Source: a virus. From it: a DNA stretch of 64,000 nt. Under the pieces are notes generated by a model. That model was not told where the DNA came from. It worked only from the letters and a program-made list of their open reading frames with translations, and did no database searches. The stretch is taken from IMG/VR virus record IMGVR_UViG_3300023717_000163. One strand, given 5' to 3'. Both the position numbers and the translations under genes were made by a program. The first letter of the stretch is position 1. Each line of letters opens with the position of its first letter. Positions 10,282-19,356 of the stretch are shown here, in pieces.

Positions 10282-11541
10282 GTGGAAGCTGCTTTCAACA
10301 AAGCGGCAAAATGGTTACATGATAACCGCACATTCGGAACGGCAATGCTTCGGGAAGATGTTGTTGTTGGGTTGATTGAAGAAACGGCTTCCTTCTTATC
10401 CAAAGGCATAGAACGGGGTTTGGAAGAATGTTCGCCATCGGAAACAATGGTGAGCAGCCTGCGCGAAAGTGTAGGGGTATTTTCCGGCTTCAAAACCTTT
10501 CACGAAATGAAAGAAGCCGCCGGAATGCTCTTAGATGAAAGCGGCAATATAAAACCATTCGAACAGTATTATAAAGACGTTCAAATCCTGAACGAAACTT
10601 ATAATAAGTTCTACCTAAAAACCGAATATGATTTCACCGTCGCCAGCAGCGAGGCAGCCGCGCGGTGGGAAGATCAGCAAGACGACGGGGAAGGCCGGTA
10701 TCTGCTGCAATACAGAACGGCCGGGGATAACAAGGTAAGAAAGGCACACCGGGAACTGGAAGGAATAACCCTACCGGTTTCCGATCCTTTTTGGGATAGC
10801 TATTATCCGCCTAATGGCTGGCGTTGTCGTTGTACGGTTGTGAAGGTACGGGCCGCCAAATACCCGGCAACAAACAGCAAAGAAGCCATTGAAGCCGGAA
10901 GCAAGGCAACGGCTGGGAAATACGCCGAAATGTTCCGCTTTAACCCCGGAAAGCAAAAGGCCGCTTATCCGGCTTACAATTCGTACACTATTTCAAAATG
11001 CAATGTGTGTTCCAAGAATGATTTAAAACTGGCAAAGAAGCCCAGCAATGAACTTTGTGCCGCTTGTAAGATTATCAGGGAACAGGCAAAGTTTATTCCT
11101 GAACACACCGAAAAAGGAGAATTACGGGTACATCTTGCACATGGGGAAGGTGAACGGGCCGAAAACATAAGGATCGCCCGGTATTTTACGGATAGATACG
11201 GCCAAGAAATAGACCTGTTACCAAGAAGCAACACCGAAAAATGCGCGGACGCTTATAACCGGACACTTAAACAGTTGCAGGAATATAAGCAGAACAGCAC
11301 ACCGACAAAGAACGCCATTGACGCGGCGTTAAGGGATGCTAACCAAAAGGCGGATCATGCCGTTTTACTGGTTTCCTCTGATATTTCGGAAAGCGATTTG
11401 ACGCGAGGTATCAAGGGGCGAATGTTACAGGCTAAAAGGTTACAAACAGTCACCATCGTAAAAGACGGCAAAGATGTTGTTTACACCAAAGAACAGATAT
11501 TGCAAAAGGGCTTTAAAGCAAGCTGGGCCGACTTGAAATAA
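10282..11541 (+). CDS. Phage head morphogenesis protein (Mu F / SPP1 gp7 family)
   Basis: 419 aa with YYPPNGWRCRCTV, matching the PxxHPNCRC motif of the MuF family. Confidence 0.65.
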   Translation: MEAAFNKAAKWLHDNRTFGTAMLREDVVVGLIEETASFLSKGIERGLEECSPSETMVSSLRESVGVFSGFKTFHEMKEAAGMLLDESGNIKPFEQYYKDVQILNETYNKFYLKTEYDFTVASSEAAARWEDQQDDGEGRYLLQYRTAGDNKVRKAHRELEGITLPVSDPFWDSYYPPNGWRCRCTVVKVRAAKYPATNSKEAIEAGSKATAGKYAEMFRFNPGKQKAAYPAYNSYTISKCNVCSKNDLKLAKKPSNELCAACKIIREQAKFIPEHTEKGELRVHLAHGEGERAENIRIARYFTDRYGQEIDLLPRSNTEKCADAYNRTLKQLQEYKQNSTPTKNAIDAALRDANQKADHAVLLVSSDISESDLTRGIKGRMLQAKRLQTVTIVKDGKDVVYTKEQILQKGFKASWADLK

Positions 11542-11630
11542 TCAAGTCAGCCCAGCAAGGGAGGCCGGGGGAATATTGCGATTCCCTCAACCGACACAAA
11601 GATAGGAATAATTAATTAATTTACAAAGGT

Positions 11631-12188
11631 ATGGACGGGAATTTCAAGAAAGAAGTTATTGACCGGTCGTTAGATGATATAAAGGTCGAATTAGACGAAG
11701 AATTTGACCGCAACTTTGAACGTAAGTCTTTCTTTAACGAAAAGGAATGGCCGGAAAGAAAGTTCGACGACGGTGTCGGATCACTTATGCAGCGAAGCGG
11801 CGGACTAAGGGGAAGCATCCGTTCCCGGAAACGAGGCGTTGAACTTGCCTATTCTTCATCCAAGCCATACGGACGCATACATAACGAAGGTGGAGAAATA
11901 AAAGTTACCCGGAAGATGAAAGGCTATTTTTTTGCCCGGTTAAAAGAGATAAAAGGGAAATATACCTATAAAAAAGATGGGGAAAAGAGAAACAACAAGC
12001 GGAACCGACAGCTTTCGGACAAAGAGCAATTTTACCGGGCTATGGCATTAAAGAAGGTCGGTTCAACAATTACCATGCCGGAACGCCGGTTCATCGGAAA
12101 CGGTAAGGCAACAGATAAAATCATCCGTGAAATAGCGGAACAGAATATTGAGGAATATTTTAAAAAACATAATATTATAACTCCATGA
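11631..12188 (+). CDS. Virion morphogenesis protein (Mu gpG-like)
   Basis: SLMQRSGGLRGSIRS...SSSKPYGRIHNEGGEI matches the gpG-family signature. Follows the F-like gene. Confidence 0.55.
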   Translation: MDGNFKKEVIDRSLDDIKVELDEEFDRNFERKSFFNEKEWPERKFDDGVGSLMQRSGGLRGSIRSRKRGVELAYSSSKPYGRIHNEGGEIKVTRKMKGYFFARLKEIKGKYTYKKDGEKRNNKRNRQLSDKEQFYRAMALKKVGSTITMPERRFIGNGKATDKIIREIAEQNIEEYFKKHNIITP

Positions 12189-12727
12189 GAAAAGAGGTTT
12201 ATCAAATTCTAAAAAAAAGGCTTCAACAGCTAATTACCGATGAAGAAAGTAATATTTGCTTTGTCTCTGAACGCCAGCTTCAGGAAATAGCCGAAAAGGG
12301 GAAAACGCCAACTTACGCAATTAAACATATAGGACTATGGAATAGGCAGGTTGAATTTATAGAGGAAGAAACGCCGTTTCTTATGCCAGCTATATTTGTG
12401 GAGTTCGGGAAAATAGATTGGAGAAGCCAATCAAACGGATTGCAAGATGCCAACCTGACAATAGGACTACACGTGCTTACAAATGCCATTCCCGAAGGCT
12501 ACGACGGAGAAATGTTTCATCTTGATTTATTGGATAAGATAAATTATTGCTTGCACGGCTTTAATAGCGGAAGTATGGGAACATTAACACGTGTAACCTC
12601 TATTCCCTGCCACGACCACGAAGAAATATTGGATAATACGGAAATATTCAAATGCTTAGTACAGGATGATACAGCCGTAAAAAAACAGGTTAAGATACCA
12701 GCAAAGCCCAATATTACCGTTACCTAA
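12185..12727 (+). CDS. Hypothetical protein
   Basis: 180-aa ORF overlapping the previous stop by ATGA. Confidence 0.45.
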   Translation: MRKEVYQILKKRLQQLITDEESNICFVSERQLQEIAEKGKTPTYAIKHIGLWNRQVEFIEEETPFLMPAIFVEFGKIDWRSQSNGLQDANLTIGLHVLTNAIPEGYDGEMFHLDLLDKINYCLHGFNSGSMGTLTRVTSIPCHDHEEILDNTEIFKCLVQDDTAVKKQVKIPAKPNITVT

Positions 12728-12942
12728 AAAAATGAAAGTTGCAAGGCTTCTTGTTTGGCTATTACGTCAGGATTGGCCGCCGCATTGATATAGTTATAGA
12801 AAGTCTTTTCCGATATGCCATATATCGGCCAAATATAACGCTTCCAAATAGCCCGGTTGGACAAACCGGTCTTTGCATATTCGTCATATATTGCATTGAC
12901 TTCTTTAACACGCTTAACGTATGAACAACCTTCTAAAGCCAT
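12724..12942 (-). CDS. Small HTH-like regulator (Mor-like position at the early/late junction)
   Basis: 72 aa with a helix-turn-helix-like segment (LSNRAIWKRYIWPIYGISEKTFYNYI). Last gene of the leftward early operon. Confidence 0.4.
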   Translation of the reverse strand: MALEGCSYVKRVKEVNAIYDEYAKTGLSNRAIWKRYIWPIYGISEKTFYNYINAAANPDVIAKQEALQLSFF

Positions 12943-12995
12943 TTTTTATTAATCGGGATTTATAATAAGTGCAAAACTACCAAAAAGTTACAGGA

Positions 12996-13036
12996 CTACA
13001 AAAGAAAAGCGGGCTAAATTTACTTAACCCGCTTTT
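12996..13036 (-). terminator. Rho-independent terminator candidate for the minus-strand operon
   Basis: 7-bp GC stem (AAGCGGG/CCCGCTT) with a T-run on the minus strand, immediately downstream of 13066..13350. Confidence 0.45.
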
Positions 13037-13065
13037 AGTAAAGCAACAAACCTATTTTTTTCCTA

Positions 13066-13350
13066 TCATTCGATATAATAGGTTTGTAGCATCATTCCGT
13101 TTCGTTTGATAAACAATACCGTCTTTCCTTCATCTGTGCGAATCTCCGTTGTTACTTCGCTACGGGTGATTGTCTTATTTTCTTTAAGGCTGATTATTGC
13201 AGCATCAATAAAGAATTTAAGTGCATCAAAATTGCTTTCATTATTTTGAACTATCAGGCCGTTATACTGCTTATCTACCCACGTTTGAATGATTTTCAAC
13301 CAACCCGGTTTGTTGTTGGGTATGATGGATTTATATTTCAGTTCCGCCAT
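13066..13350 (-). CDS. Hypothetical protein (94 aa; ORF trimmed to the internal ATG MAELKY)
   Basis: The N-terminal 120 codons of the 214-aa track ORF overlap the membrane-protein gene in another frame and look non-coding. The C-terminal 94 aa have ordinary composition. Confidence 0.35.
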   Translation of the reverse strand: MAELKYKSIIPNNKPGWLKIIQTWVDKQYNGLIVQNNESNFDALKFFIDAAIISLKENKTITRSEVTTEIRTDEGKTVLFIKRNGMMLQTYYIE

Positions 13351-13352
13351 GA

Positions 13353-13838
13353 TTAGAATGCCATTATAACCGAAATATAAGTTGCCGTGATTGCCGCCAC
13401 TTCTATCCAGAACATCCAATTCTTTTTTTTGCTGAATCCAGCCACACACAGGAAGAAAACAAAGGAAAGTAAAGATACCAGCCAAAAGCCAGCCATAATG
13501 CACCAAATTTGAGAAAACAGGCAACAAATAACGGCCGCTGTGTAGTGTACTGTATTGGTTAGACTTTCCTTGAATTGTGCAGCCGTTCCAACAAAGGCCA
13601 GCCCGGCAACGGAAAGAAAACAGGTATATTGATAGCTTTCCGGTGTCATATTCAGCCAACCGGGTAGCAAGAAACCACCAACACCGTAGCAAAACACAGT
13701 AAACAGCCACCCCAACCCCTTACGCTTTTCTTCTAAAAGGTAATATGTATTACTGATAGACCACGGGATATTAAACAAACAAACCACACAGATAATGTAT
13801 AGTATAAATATTGCTATTGATATGATAATTAAGTTCAT
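13353..13838 (-). CDS. Multi-pass membrane protein
   Basis: 161 aa with four or five hydrophobic helices. Confidence 0.5.
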   Translation of the reverse strand: MNLIIISIAIFILYIICVVCLFNIPWSISNTYYLLEEKRKGLGWLFTVFCYGVGGFLLPGWLNMTPESYQYTCFLSVAGLAFVGTAAQFKESLTNTVHYTAAVICCLFSQIWCIMAGFWLVSLLSFVFFLCVAGFSKKKNWMFWIEVAAITATYISVIMAF

Positions 13839-13842
13839 AAGA

Positions 13843-14601
13843 TTATTCTTCTATTGCTTTGTTGATATTGATATTCTTTCCATCACGATAACCATTGCAA
13901 AAAGCCTCTGCAATATCTTTCTTTTTCGTTTTGGGGGCTTTTCTCTCTACGGTTGAATAGTTACTCATGTAGTCGTTTATTAGTTGATTATGGCAAACTA
14001 CAAGTGATTTTTCCTGCACTTCGTTTGCTGCCGCTTCAAGTTTTAGCTTTGCTTTCAGACCATAAGCACAACCATTCAAGTAGGAAGCAATGTATTTGCG
14101 TTTATACTTTTCAGTTCGTGCAGCCCCACGTTTCCCCTTTGCAAATTCTTCATATCTGACCGGTGCTAACTTTCTGAATGTACTACGCAACATATCATAC
14201 AAGTAAATCACCGTTGAAGTGTTTGCCTCCGTTCCGACTACAATCATATTCGTTTGCCCGGAAATAAGGAATGTTTTGCAATAGTTAAATTCACAAAGAA
14301 CATTCATAAGCGAGCGTTTCCAAAGGCCGTATGTGTCTTTAAAACTAATATGGCCGGTTCTCTGTATCTGCATAGTTTCCTTTCTTTCTTCGGGATCAAT
14401 ATCCATCAATGAAAGATTGTATTGTGTCAACAAGCGGCTGATCGCGGCGGCCGCTGCATTTGCTTCACCTTCTGAACCAATCTTTTTTGCACCTTCCTGA
14501 AGGCGCATTAACTTTTTCAGTTTCTCTACTATTTTATCGGGTACTTCTGTTTCCATCTTAACTTTATTCATCTTTAAGTAAATTACTAAAGGCAATAGCA
14601 C
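13843..14601 (-). CDS. DUF2786-like phage protein
   Basis: N-terminal LKKLMRLQEGA...EGEANAAAAAISRLLTQYNLS resembles the DUF2786 signature common in prophage early regions. Confidence 0.5.
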   Translation of the reverse strand: MLLPLVIYLKMNKVKMETEVPDKIVEKLKKLMRLQEGAKKIGSEGEANAAAAAISRLLTQYNLSLMDIDPEERKETMQIQRTGHISFKDTYGLWKRSLMNVLCEFNYCKTFLISGQTNMIVVGTEANTSTVIYLYDMLRSTFRKLAPVRYEEFAKGKRGAARTEKYKRKYIASYLNGCAYGLKAKLKLEAAANEVQEKSLVVCHNQLINDYMSNYSTVERKAPKTKKKDIAEAFCNGYRDGKNININKAIEE

Positions 14602-14773
14602 TAAACATCAACTTCATTTGCACGACTTGATCTTCCATATCTTCATCACGCATTGTATATTCCTTGCCTTTCATTTTAGCCCACTGTTCATCGGACAACT
14701 TACTACCAACCAGTCGTACCATCACCGACACATCATCACGATCTAATTCTATTTTAACTACTACTTTTTCCAT
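14564..14773 (-). CDS. Hypothetical protein
   Basis: 69-aa ORF. Confidence 0.35.
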   Translation of the reverse strand: MEKVVVKIELDRDDVSVMVRLVGSKLSDEQWAKMKGKEYTMRDEDMEDQVVQMKLMFSAIAFSNLLKDE

Positions 14774-14793
14774 TTTATTCGTTTTTAAATTGA

Positions 14794-15225
14794 TTATACT
14801 CCAATTATCTCATCATTGATACGAAATATGCTATCACTCACAAAATCGTATATCTTATACATAAGTTCCGGTTCTTCTTTTTTCGGAGAATAAACCATCA
14901 CCTTTTTACCTGCACCTTTCATCCAGCCAGCTTCCGTATTAGCTGACCGACCACAAGGAAGAACCATAACACAGACATCCGCCCACTTCATGCCGTTAAA
15001 ATCTGAATCAAATCCTTTTTGTGCAATCGGATGATTAAGAGCTTCACGATATTGCTCTGTTGTCCAGTTCTGCCAATCAGGATCTATATCAGACCATTGG
15101 AAGCCACCATTACCATGAGGGGGATTCTTAAAATCGTAAACCTCATGTCCTAAATCACGGAGAATAGCTACAACGTCCTGTTGAAATACATTTCTCCAAC
15201 TACTTGCTACATAAATCTTTGCCAT
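14794..15225 (-). CDS. Nucleoside 2-deoxyribosyltransferase-like (NDT/SLOG fold) protein
   Basis: IYVASSWRN near the N-terminus and a VLPCGRSANTEAGWMKGAGKKV block resembling the NDT catalytic-Glu region. Confidence 0.4.
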   Translation of the reverse strand: MAKIYVASSWRNVFQQDVVAILRDLGHEVYDFKNPPHGNGGFQWSDIDPDWQNWTTEQYREALNHPIAQKGFDSDFNGMKWADVCVMVLPCGRSANTEAGWMKGAGKKVMVYSPKKEEPELMYKIYDFVSDSIFRINDEIIGV

Positions 15226-15371
15226 AATATTCTTTTTATAATTTTACTTTTGTATTTTTGTCACAGCATTTGTGACTGTGGAAGGGAGCGCCTGACAAAC
15301 GCTCTGTGGGTTCAAATCCCTGCCAAGTGTTAGGCGATTTTGCCGACATAACAATTAAAACTTAAAGAGTC

Positions 15372-15524
15372 ATGATTACATTTATATTATTATATATAAT
15401 CTTACCGATTATAATAAATGTTATATCCGATTGGATATATGACTCTATCAAAGAGAAAATGCGTTATCAAAATACAGTGTCGCCGACACAAGAAGCTGCC
15501 TCCGGGCGGCTTCTTCCGTTTTAG
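15372..15524 (+). CDS. Small hydrophobic peptide (50 aa, one TM helix), opposite in orientation to the flanking early operon
   Basis: ATG preceded by AAAGAG. MITFILLYIILPIIINVISDWIY... The stop lies inside a strong terminator hairpin. Not in the ORF track because it is under 60 aa. Confidence 0.3.
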   Translation: MITFILLYIILPIIINVISDWIYDSIKEKMRYQNTVSPTQEAASGRLLPF

Positions 15525-15530
15525 TATTTT
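15488..15530 (+). terminator. Rho-independent terminator
   Basis: GAAGCTGCC-TCCG-GGCGGCTTC hairpin followed by TTCCGTTTTAGTATTTTC. Confidence 0.5.
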
Positions 15531-15576
15531 CATTTGATTCATACTTGTTTTATCTCGAATAATTTTTCACCTCCAA

Positions 15577-15867
15577 TTAATAGCTTAAAAAAGCATACAT
15601 ACCTGCATTACACAAAGTAGCAATAATTAATTCCCGATCACCTTGCGCCGGGCCTATATTCAGACTATCGCTTTTTCCAGTTCCAACCGATACCGTTTCT
15701 TCCGTTCCGATTAGACAAAAACCAGCGGAAACAACCTTTGTTCCTTCTATCTTCACACTGCTGTGTGTTATGTGATCGGGAAAAAGAACCGGCATTTTTA
15801 AGCCGGTCTTTTCTTGTTCAAATACAACGTATTTCATACATACAGTATTAAAGCGTTTCAGGCGCAT
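15577..15867 (-). CDS. Hypothetical protein
   Basis: 96-aa ORF in the early operon. Confidence 0.4.
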   Translation of the reverse strand: MRLKRFNTVCMKYVVFEQEKTGLKMPVLFPDHITHSSVKIEGTKVVSAGFCLIGTEETVSVGTGKSDSLNIGPAQGDRELIIATLCNAGMYAFLSY

Positions 15868-16072
15868 AGGCCATTACATAGGTCGTTACATCACAGGTAA
15901 CTATCACACGGCCGGAACCCTTGCATTGCTCGCAAATATGCCCGTCTATACTGCCGCTACCTTCACAGACCTTGCACGCCACCACATGGGGCGGAATAGT
16001 CTTTGTTCTTTTTACGCCTTTGGGTTCTTGCGTTTCCTTTGGCTTTCTAAATCTGTCTAAAATGTTTCCCAT
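15848..16072 (-). CDS. Small Cys-rich zinc-finger protein
   Basis: CKVCEGSGSIDGHICEQCKGSG (CxxC...CxxC). Confidence 0.4.
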   Translation of the reverse strand: MGNILDRFRKPKETQEPKGVKRTKTIPPHVVACKVCEGSGSIDGHICEQCKGSGRVIVTCDVTTYVMAYAPETL

Positions 16073-16096
16073 ATCGTTTTATTACTTTAAATATTA

Positions 16097-16366
16097 CTAT
16101 TTACTTTCATCAGCTACCCAGTTGATTGTTACAACCGCTTTTAATTTCTTATGTCCCTTACAAACCGGGCATTCTACCTCTACACGTTCATGTGTCAGTT
16201 CATCCATTCCCCAAAACCAGCCGTTGCCGTGGCAATAGCCGCAAGGCACGCCGCCAAACTCCGTTTGTTCAACCGGGTGTTCCTTCGGGAATAATGGCGG
16301 CGAGATTAATAACATTGGTTGCTTCTTGCTCATGCTTCTGTCATACCTAAAGGAACACATACCCAC
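16097..16366 (-). CDS. Zinc-ribbon protein
   Basis: CGYCHGNG...CPVCKGHKK. Confidence 0.4.
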   Translation of the reverse strand: MGMCSFRYDRSMSKKQPMLLISPPLFPKEHPVEQTEFGGVPCGYCHGNGWFWGMDELTHERVEVECPVCKGHKKLKAVVTINWVADESK

Positions 16367-16992
16367 GCACCATTCTCGCTTTTCACTTCTGCACGAATAA
16401 ACTGCTTGCTAATTGCTGGCTGATAGGCTTCTTCGATTATTTGAACGCCTTCCATAAAGCGGTCACTTTTTGTTTCTTCGGCAATCTTACGGAGTTGCAC
16501 TACACGGCTGGCCTTTAATGTGCCTTTCGCATCGCGGGCCAGTAAGCGAAGTACCATTTTAACAAGTGCCTTTGTTTTTTCATCACTGGCAAGCCCTTCA
16601 ATATATTCTTTTACAATGGCAATACCATCTTCAACCGTATCACGATAACCGTCTGTTGTATAAACCCCTATGGTTATACGCTTATCACCTTTTGAGTTGG
16701 TAAATGTGTCACTACGTTGGCCATCCTTTTTTAGTTTCAGTACATCGGCTTTCATGTCGATAACATTTCTAAAATCATTCAAAACCGAAGACTTTGTGTC
16801 CTTAATACCTTGACTAAGGCACATCAAAGCCGGAACCGTTCTTTCAATGGTTTCATCTACAAGGTCACGATAAGCGTCGCGATCTTGTTTAGCCTTTACT
16901 TTTGCATTTTCTTCGGCCTGTTTAGCCTTAAACGCTTCAAACTGTCTCAATTCTTCGCTGTTCATTTCAACGACTTTCTTTTCTTCTTCCAT
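16330..16992 (-). CDS. Phage early protein (DUF3164-like?)
   Basis: 220 aa with a charged coiled-coil N-terminus. Position in the Mu-like early region. The family call is tentative. Confidence 0.4.
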   Translation of the reverse strand: MEEEKKVVEMNSEELRQFEAFKAKQAEENAKVKAKQDRDAYRDLVDETIERTVPALMCLSQGIKDTKSSVLNDFRNVIDMKADVLKLKKDGQRSDTFTNSKGDKRITIGVYTTDGYRDTVEDGIAIVKEYIEGLASDEKTKALVKMVLRLLARDAKGTLKASRVVQLRKIAEETKSDRFMEGVQIIEEAYQPAISKQFIRAEVKSENGAWVCVPLGMTEA

Positions 16993-16999
16993 GATGTTG

Positions 17000-17425
17000 T
17001 TAATTTAATTGTGAGTAATCAGTATTTTTATTGCCTTTCCGCTGTATCATCCTTATCTTGATACACAGTAGGTCTAATTCTTCGGTAGTCAATTTCCCAA
17101 ACTCCTTACCGGATATTCGCGGGTTCTTACAGAAGGCATTAACACTATTCCAATCTGTTGTATCAATGCCGTGTTTTTGCAGAAGATGAAGGGCGGCGGA
17201 TCGCTTGCGCCTTAATTCCTCGCGTGCTATCTCACGGGCCTTATAACCATTTGATTGCCGTTGCATCCCGTCACACATAGCATCATATTCTTTGTCGGTC
17301 ATTTCCTTTAAAGAATCCGTTCTATTGTTGGTATATTGCCTGACTAATTCGACTTTCAATTCATCTTTATCTATTGTCGGCATACGGCCAAGAAGGGCGT
17401 AAAACCGTGAATAATTTCGTTTCAT
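17000..17425 (-). CDS. Hypothetical protein
   Basis: 141-aa ORF. Confidence 0.45.
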   Translation of the reverse strand: MKRNYSRFYALLGRMPTIDKDELKVELVRQYTNNRTDSLKEMTDKEYDAMCDGMQRQSNGYKAREIAREELRRKRSAALHLLQKHGIDTTDWNSVNAFCKNPRISGKEFGKLTTEELDLLCIKIRMIQRKGNKNTDYSQLN

Positions 17426-17591
17426 ACAAAGTCCTCCTCTTTCATACCATATTCGGCCATTAGAGCATCATGCGAAAGACGTGTAAGTCGTTCCGCTAAT
17501 TCGCTAAAGATAAAAGACTGCTCATCATAGGAAAAGCCCCCGGCCTTCTTGATGATACTGTTTAAAATCACTTCAATTGCTTCATCCATAA
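17423..17591 (-). CDS. Small hypothetical protein (56 aa)
   Basis: Translated by hand (MDEAIEVILNSIIKKAGGFSYDE...). Its stop overlaps the downstream gene's start (ATGA overlap). Absent from the ORF track because of its size. Confidence 0.25.
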
Positions 17592-17612
17592 CTATTTCTT
17601 TTGATTTATTTA

Positions 17613-18233
17613 TTACTCATTCCAGTATTGCGCTGCTCCTTCGGCCCATATCGTATAATGATTACCCGGCTTTGTTATAAAGCGTCCTTTACAAATAGCC
17701 CGGAAACCCTGCACGAATATTTTCACATCAGCGTCATAAGCTACTTTTTTCGCGGCCCGGCCTTCGGGCTTAATACCTTCCGCATGGCTTATAAATATTA
17801 AAAGTTTATTTCTGTGCTTTTCCTTTAGTGCCTTATAGGTCGCATAGTTTAAACCTGAATACTGAAAACTGTCAATTATTACGGCTTCGGGGCTTCTACG
17901 TTTAGATAATCGCTCGCTTAAATCGGTCATACTTTCACGATCCAATATTATAAAGCGTTTGTTCACCTCGTCCATGCGGTAACGCTCAATATTATTTTTA
18001 AGTGAAAGGCTTGTACTTTCTTCCAAACTGTCATAAGCTACCTTGTTAAAAAACTGACACAAATACTTTGCAAGCTGCATAACAAAAGCCGTTTTTCCGT
18101 TACCGGAGTCCCCCCAAACAATCCACACGCCTGTACGTCCGGGAGTTCCAAAAGCAATTTCCCATTTGTCCGTAAAAGGAAGACTGGCAATGTTCATTGA
18201 TTGTATTTCTTTAGGGGAATAAGCGCGTTTCAT
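17613..18233 (-). CDS. RecA-like P-loop NTPase (KaiC/DnaB/Sak4-like)
   Basis: Walker A GDSGNGKTAF and Walker B-like IIDSFQ. 206 aa. Confidence 0.5.
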   Translation of the reverse strand: MKRAYSPKEIQSMNIASLPFTDKWEIAFGTPGRTGVWIVWGDSGNGKTAFVMQLAKYLCQFFNKVAYDSLEESTSLSLKNNIERYRMDEVNKRFIILDRESMTDLSERLSKRRSPEAVIIDSFQYSGLNYATYKALKEKHRNKLLIFISHAEGIKPEGRAAKKVAYDADVKIFVQGFRAICKGRFITKPGNHYTIWAEGAAQYWNE

Positions 18234-18442
18234 GATTTTACTTCTTTTACGGCTACCTTACAACGGGTAGCGGTTACTATTTTATTAGCCAACTCCAAAT
18301 TATCAAGTTCAATAACTATTAACCCTTCCGTTCTTGCGCGGCGTACTCGGATATCGCAAGGGTATTCACCTTCACCCCATAAAAGCAGAACATGCGCGGC
18401 GTATTGGGCTTCCATGCCAAGTTGATAGACCTTTTTCAACAT
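18230..18442 (-). CDS. Hypothetical protein
   Basis: 70-aa ORF, ATGA-coupled to the upstream gene. Confidence 0.4.
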   Translation of the reverse strand: MLKKVYQLGMEAQYAAHVLLLWGEGEYPCDIRVRRARTEGLIVIELDNLELANKIVTATRCKVAVKEVKS

Positions 18443-18443
18443 A

Positions 18444-19322
18444 TCAAGCCCCCTTTCTTAATTTTTCAATCTCCGTATATACCCGGCGAAGGCTTCCGCC
18501 TGTGCGGTTTACCACTTTCATAACCTCCGTACCTTCCGGGGCGTTTAGTTTCGCCACCATTGCCGCTTGTGCCTTTAGGAATGCTTCGCGCTCTTTTCCG
18601 TCGTCCGGGGTTACTTTGCTGTATTTATCACCATAACGGGAGAACATTTCGGTATATCCTACCTTTTTGCATTCAATAGACCGGTTCATCTTTTCTTTTA
18701 GGCCGTCCGCCCCCATCATATACCAAGCGCAACAACGTTCCGTCGCATTCCAAAGAGCTTTTAATTCTAAAAAGGCTTCATATTGCAGGTCGCCGCCTTC
18801 GTCAAGAATAATCAAAGGGCGTTCCAGCGTTTTCAGGTAGAAACAAAGGTCGTCGTAAACATCACAATACCTACCGTTGGAATTAACCCCAAATTCTTTT
18901 GCTATATAGCGGATCAGGCGTTGTTTGCTTTTAACCTGTGAGCAATCCACATAAATAGCGTTCTTGTGCATCTTTACATAAATCCGAGCCGTGAACGTCT
19001 TTCCTATATTTGCCATATCACATAATACGGCGGAAACGCTACTTTCCTGACACATTGCCAACTGTTCGGTTATATAGACAAAAGTCGGGGTTTCGGCCGC
19101 TTGCCACTGAATTTCATTATTCAGCGATACATTCAAGCGACGGGCAAGGCAAATCCAATTTGTATCGCTAACCTGTTTGTCAATTTTCCCTTTTTTCAGG
19201 ACGTTGTACACGCTGGCCGAAATGCCAAGTGCGGCGGCGTGCTTGTTATCCGAAGGGTAATTTTCCCGGTTTACCGTAATGGCTTCGAGAATACGTTGTT
19301 TAATATCGTTCGTTACTTCCAT
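18444..19322 (-). CDS. MuB-like DNA transposition ATPase
   Basis: N-terminal HTH-like segment, P-loop MANIGKTF and Walker B LIILDEGGD. Immediately downstream of the putative transposase. Confidence 0.55.
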   Translation of the reverse strand: MEVTNDIKQRILEAITVNRENYPSDNKHAAALGISASVYNVLKKGKIDKQVSDTNWICLARRLNVSLNNEIQWQAAETPTFVYITEQLAMCQESSVSAVLCDMANIGKTFTARIYVKMHKNAIYVDCSQVKSKQRLIRYIAKEFGVNSNGRYCDVYDDLCFYLKTLERPLIILDEGGDLQYEAFLELKALWNATERCCAWYMMGADGLKEKMNRSIECKKVGYTEMFSRYGDKYSKVTPDDGKEREAFLKAQAAMVAKLNAPEGTEVMKVVNRTGGSLRRVYTEIEKLRKGA

Positions 19323-19356
19323 GTTATAATAATGTTTTAATGTTATTCTAATACTG

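Noticed and set aside
13351-13710. N-terminal 120 codons of the 214-aa ORF 13066..13710
   Set aside because: They overlap the multi-TM membrane-protein gene in another frame with odd Cys/Trp-rich composition. Only the part from the internal ATG at 13350 was kept.
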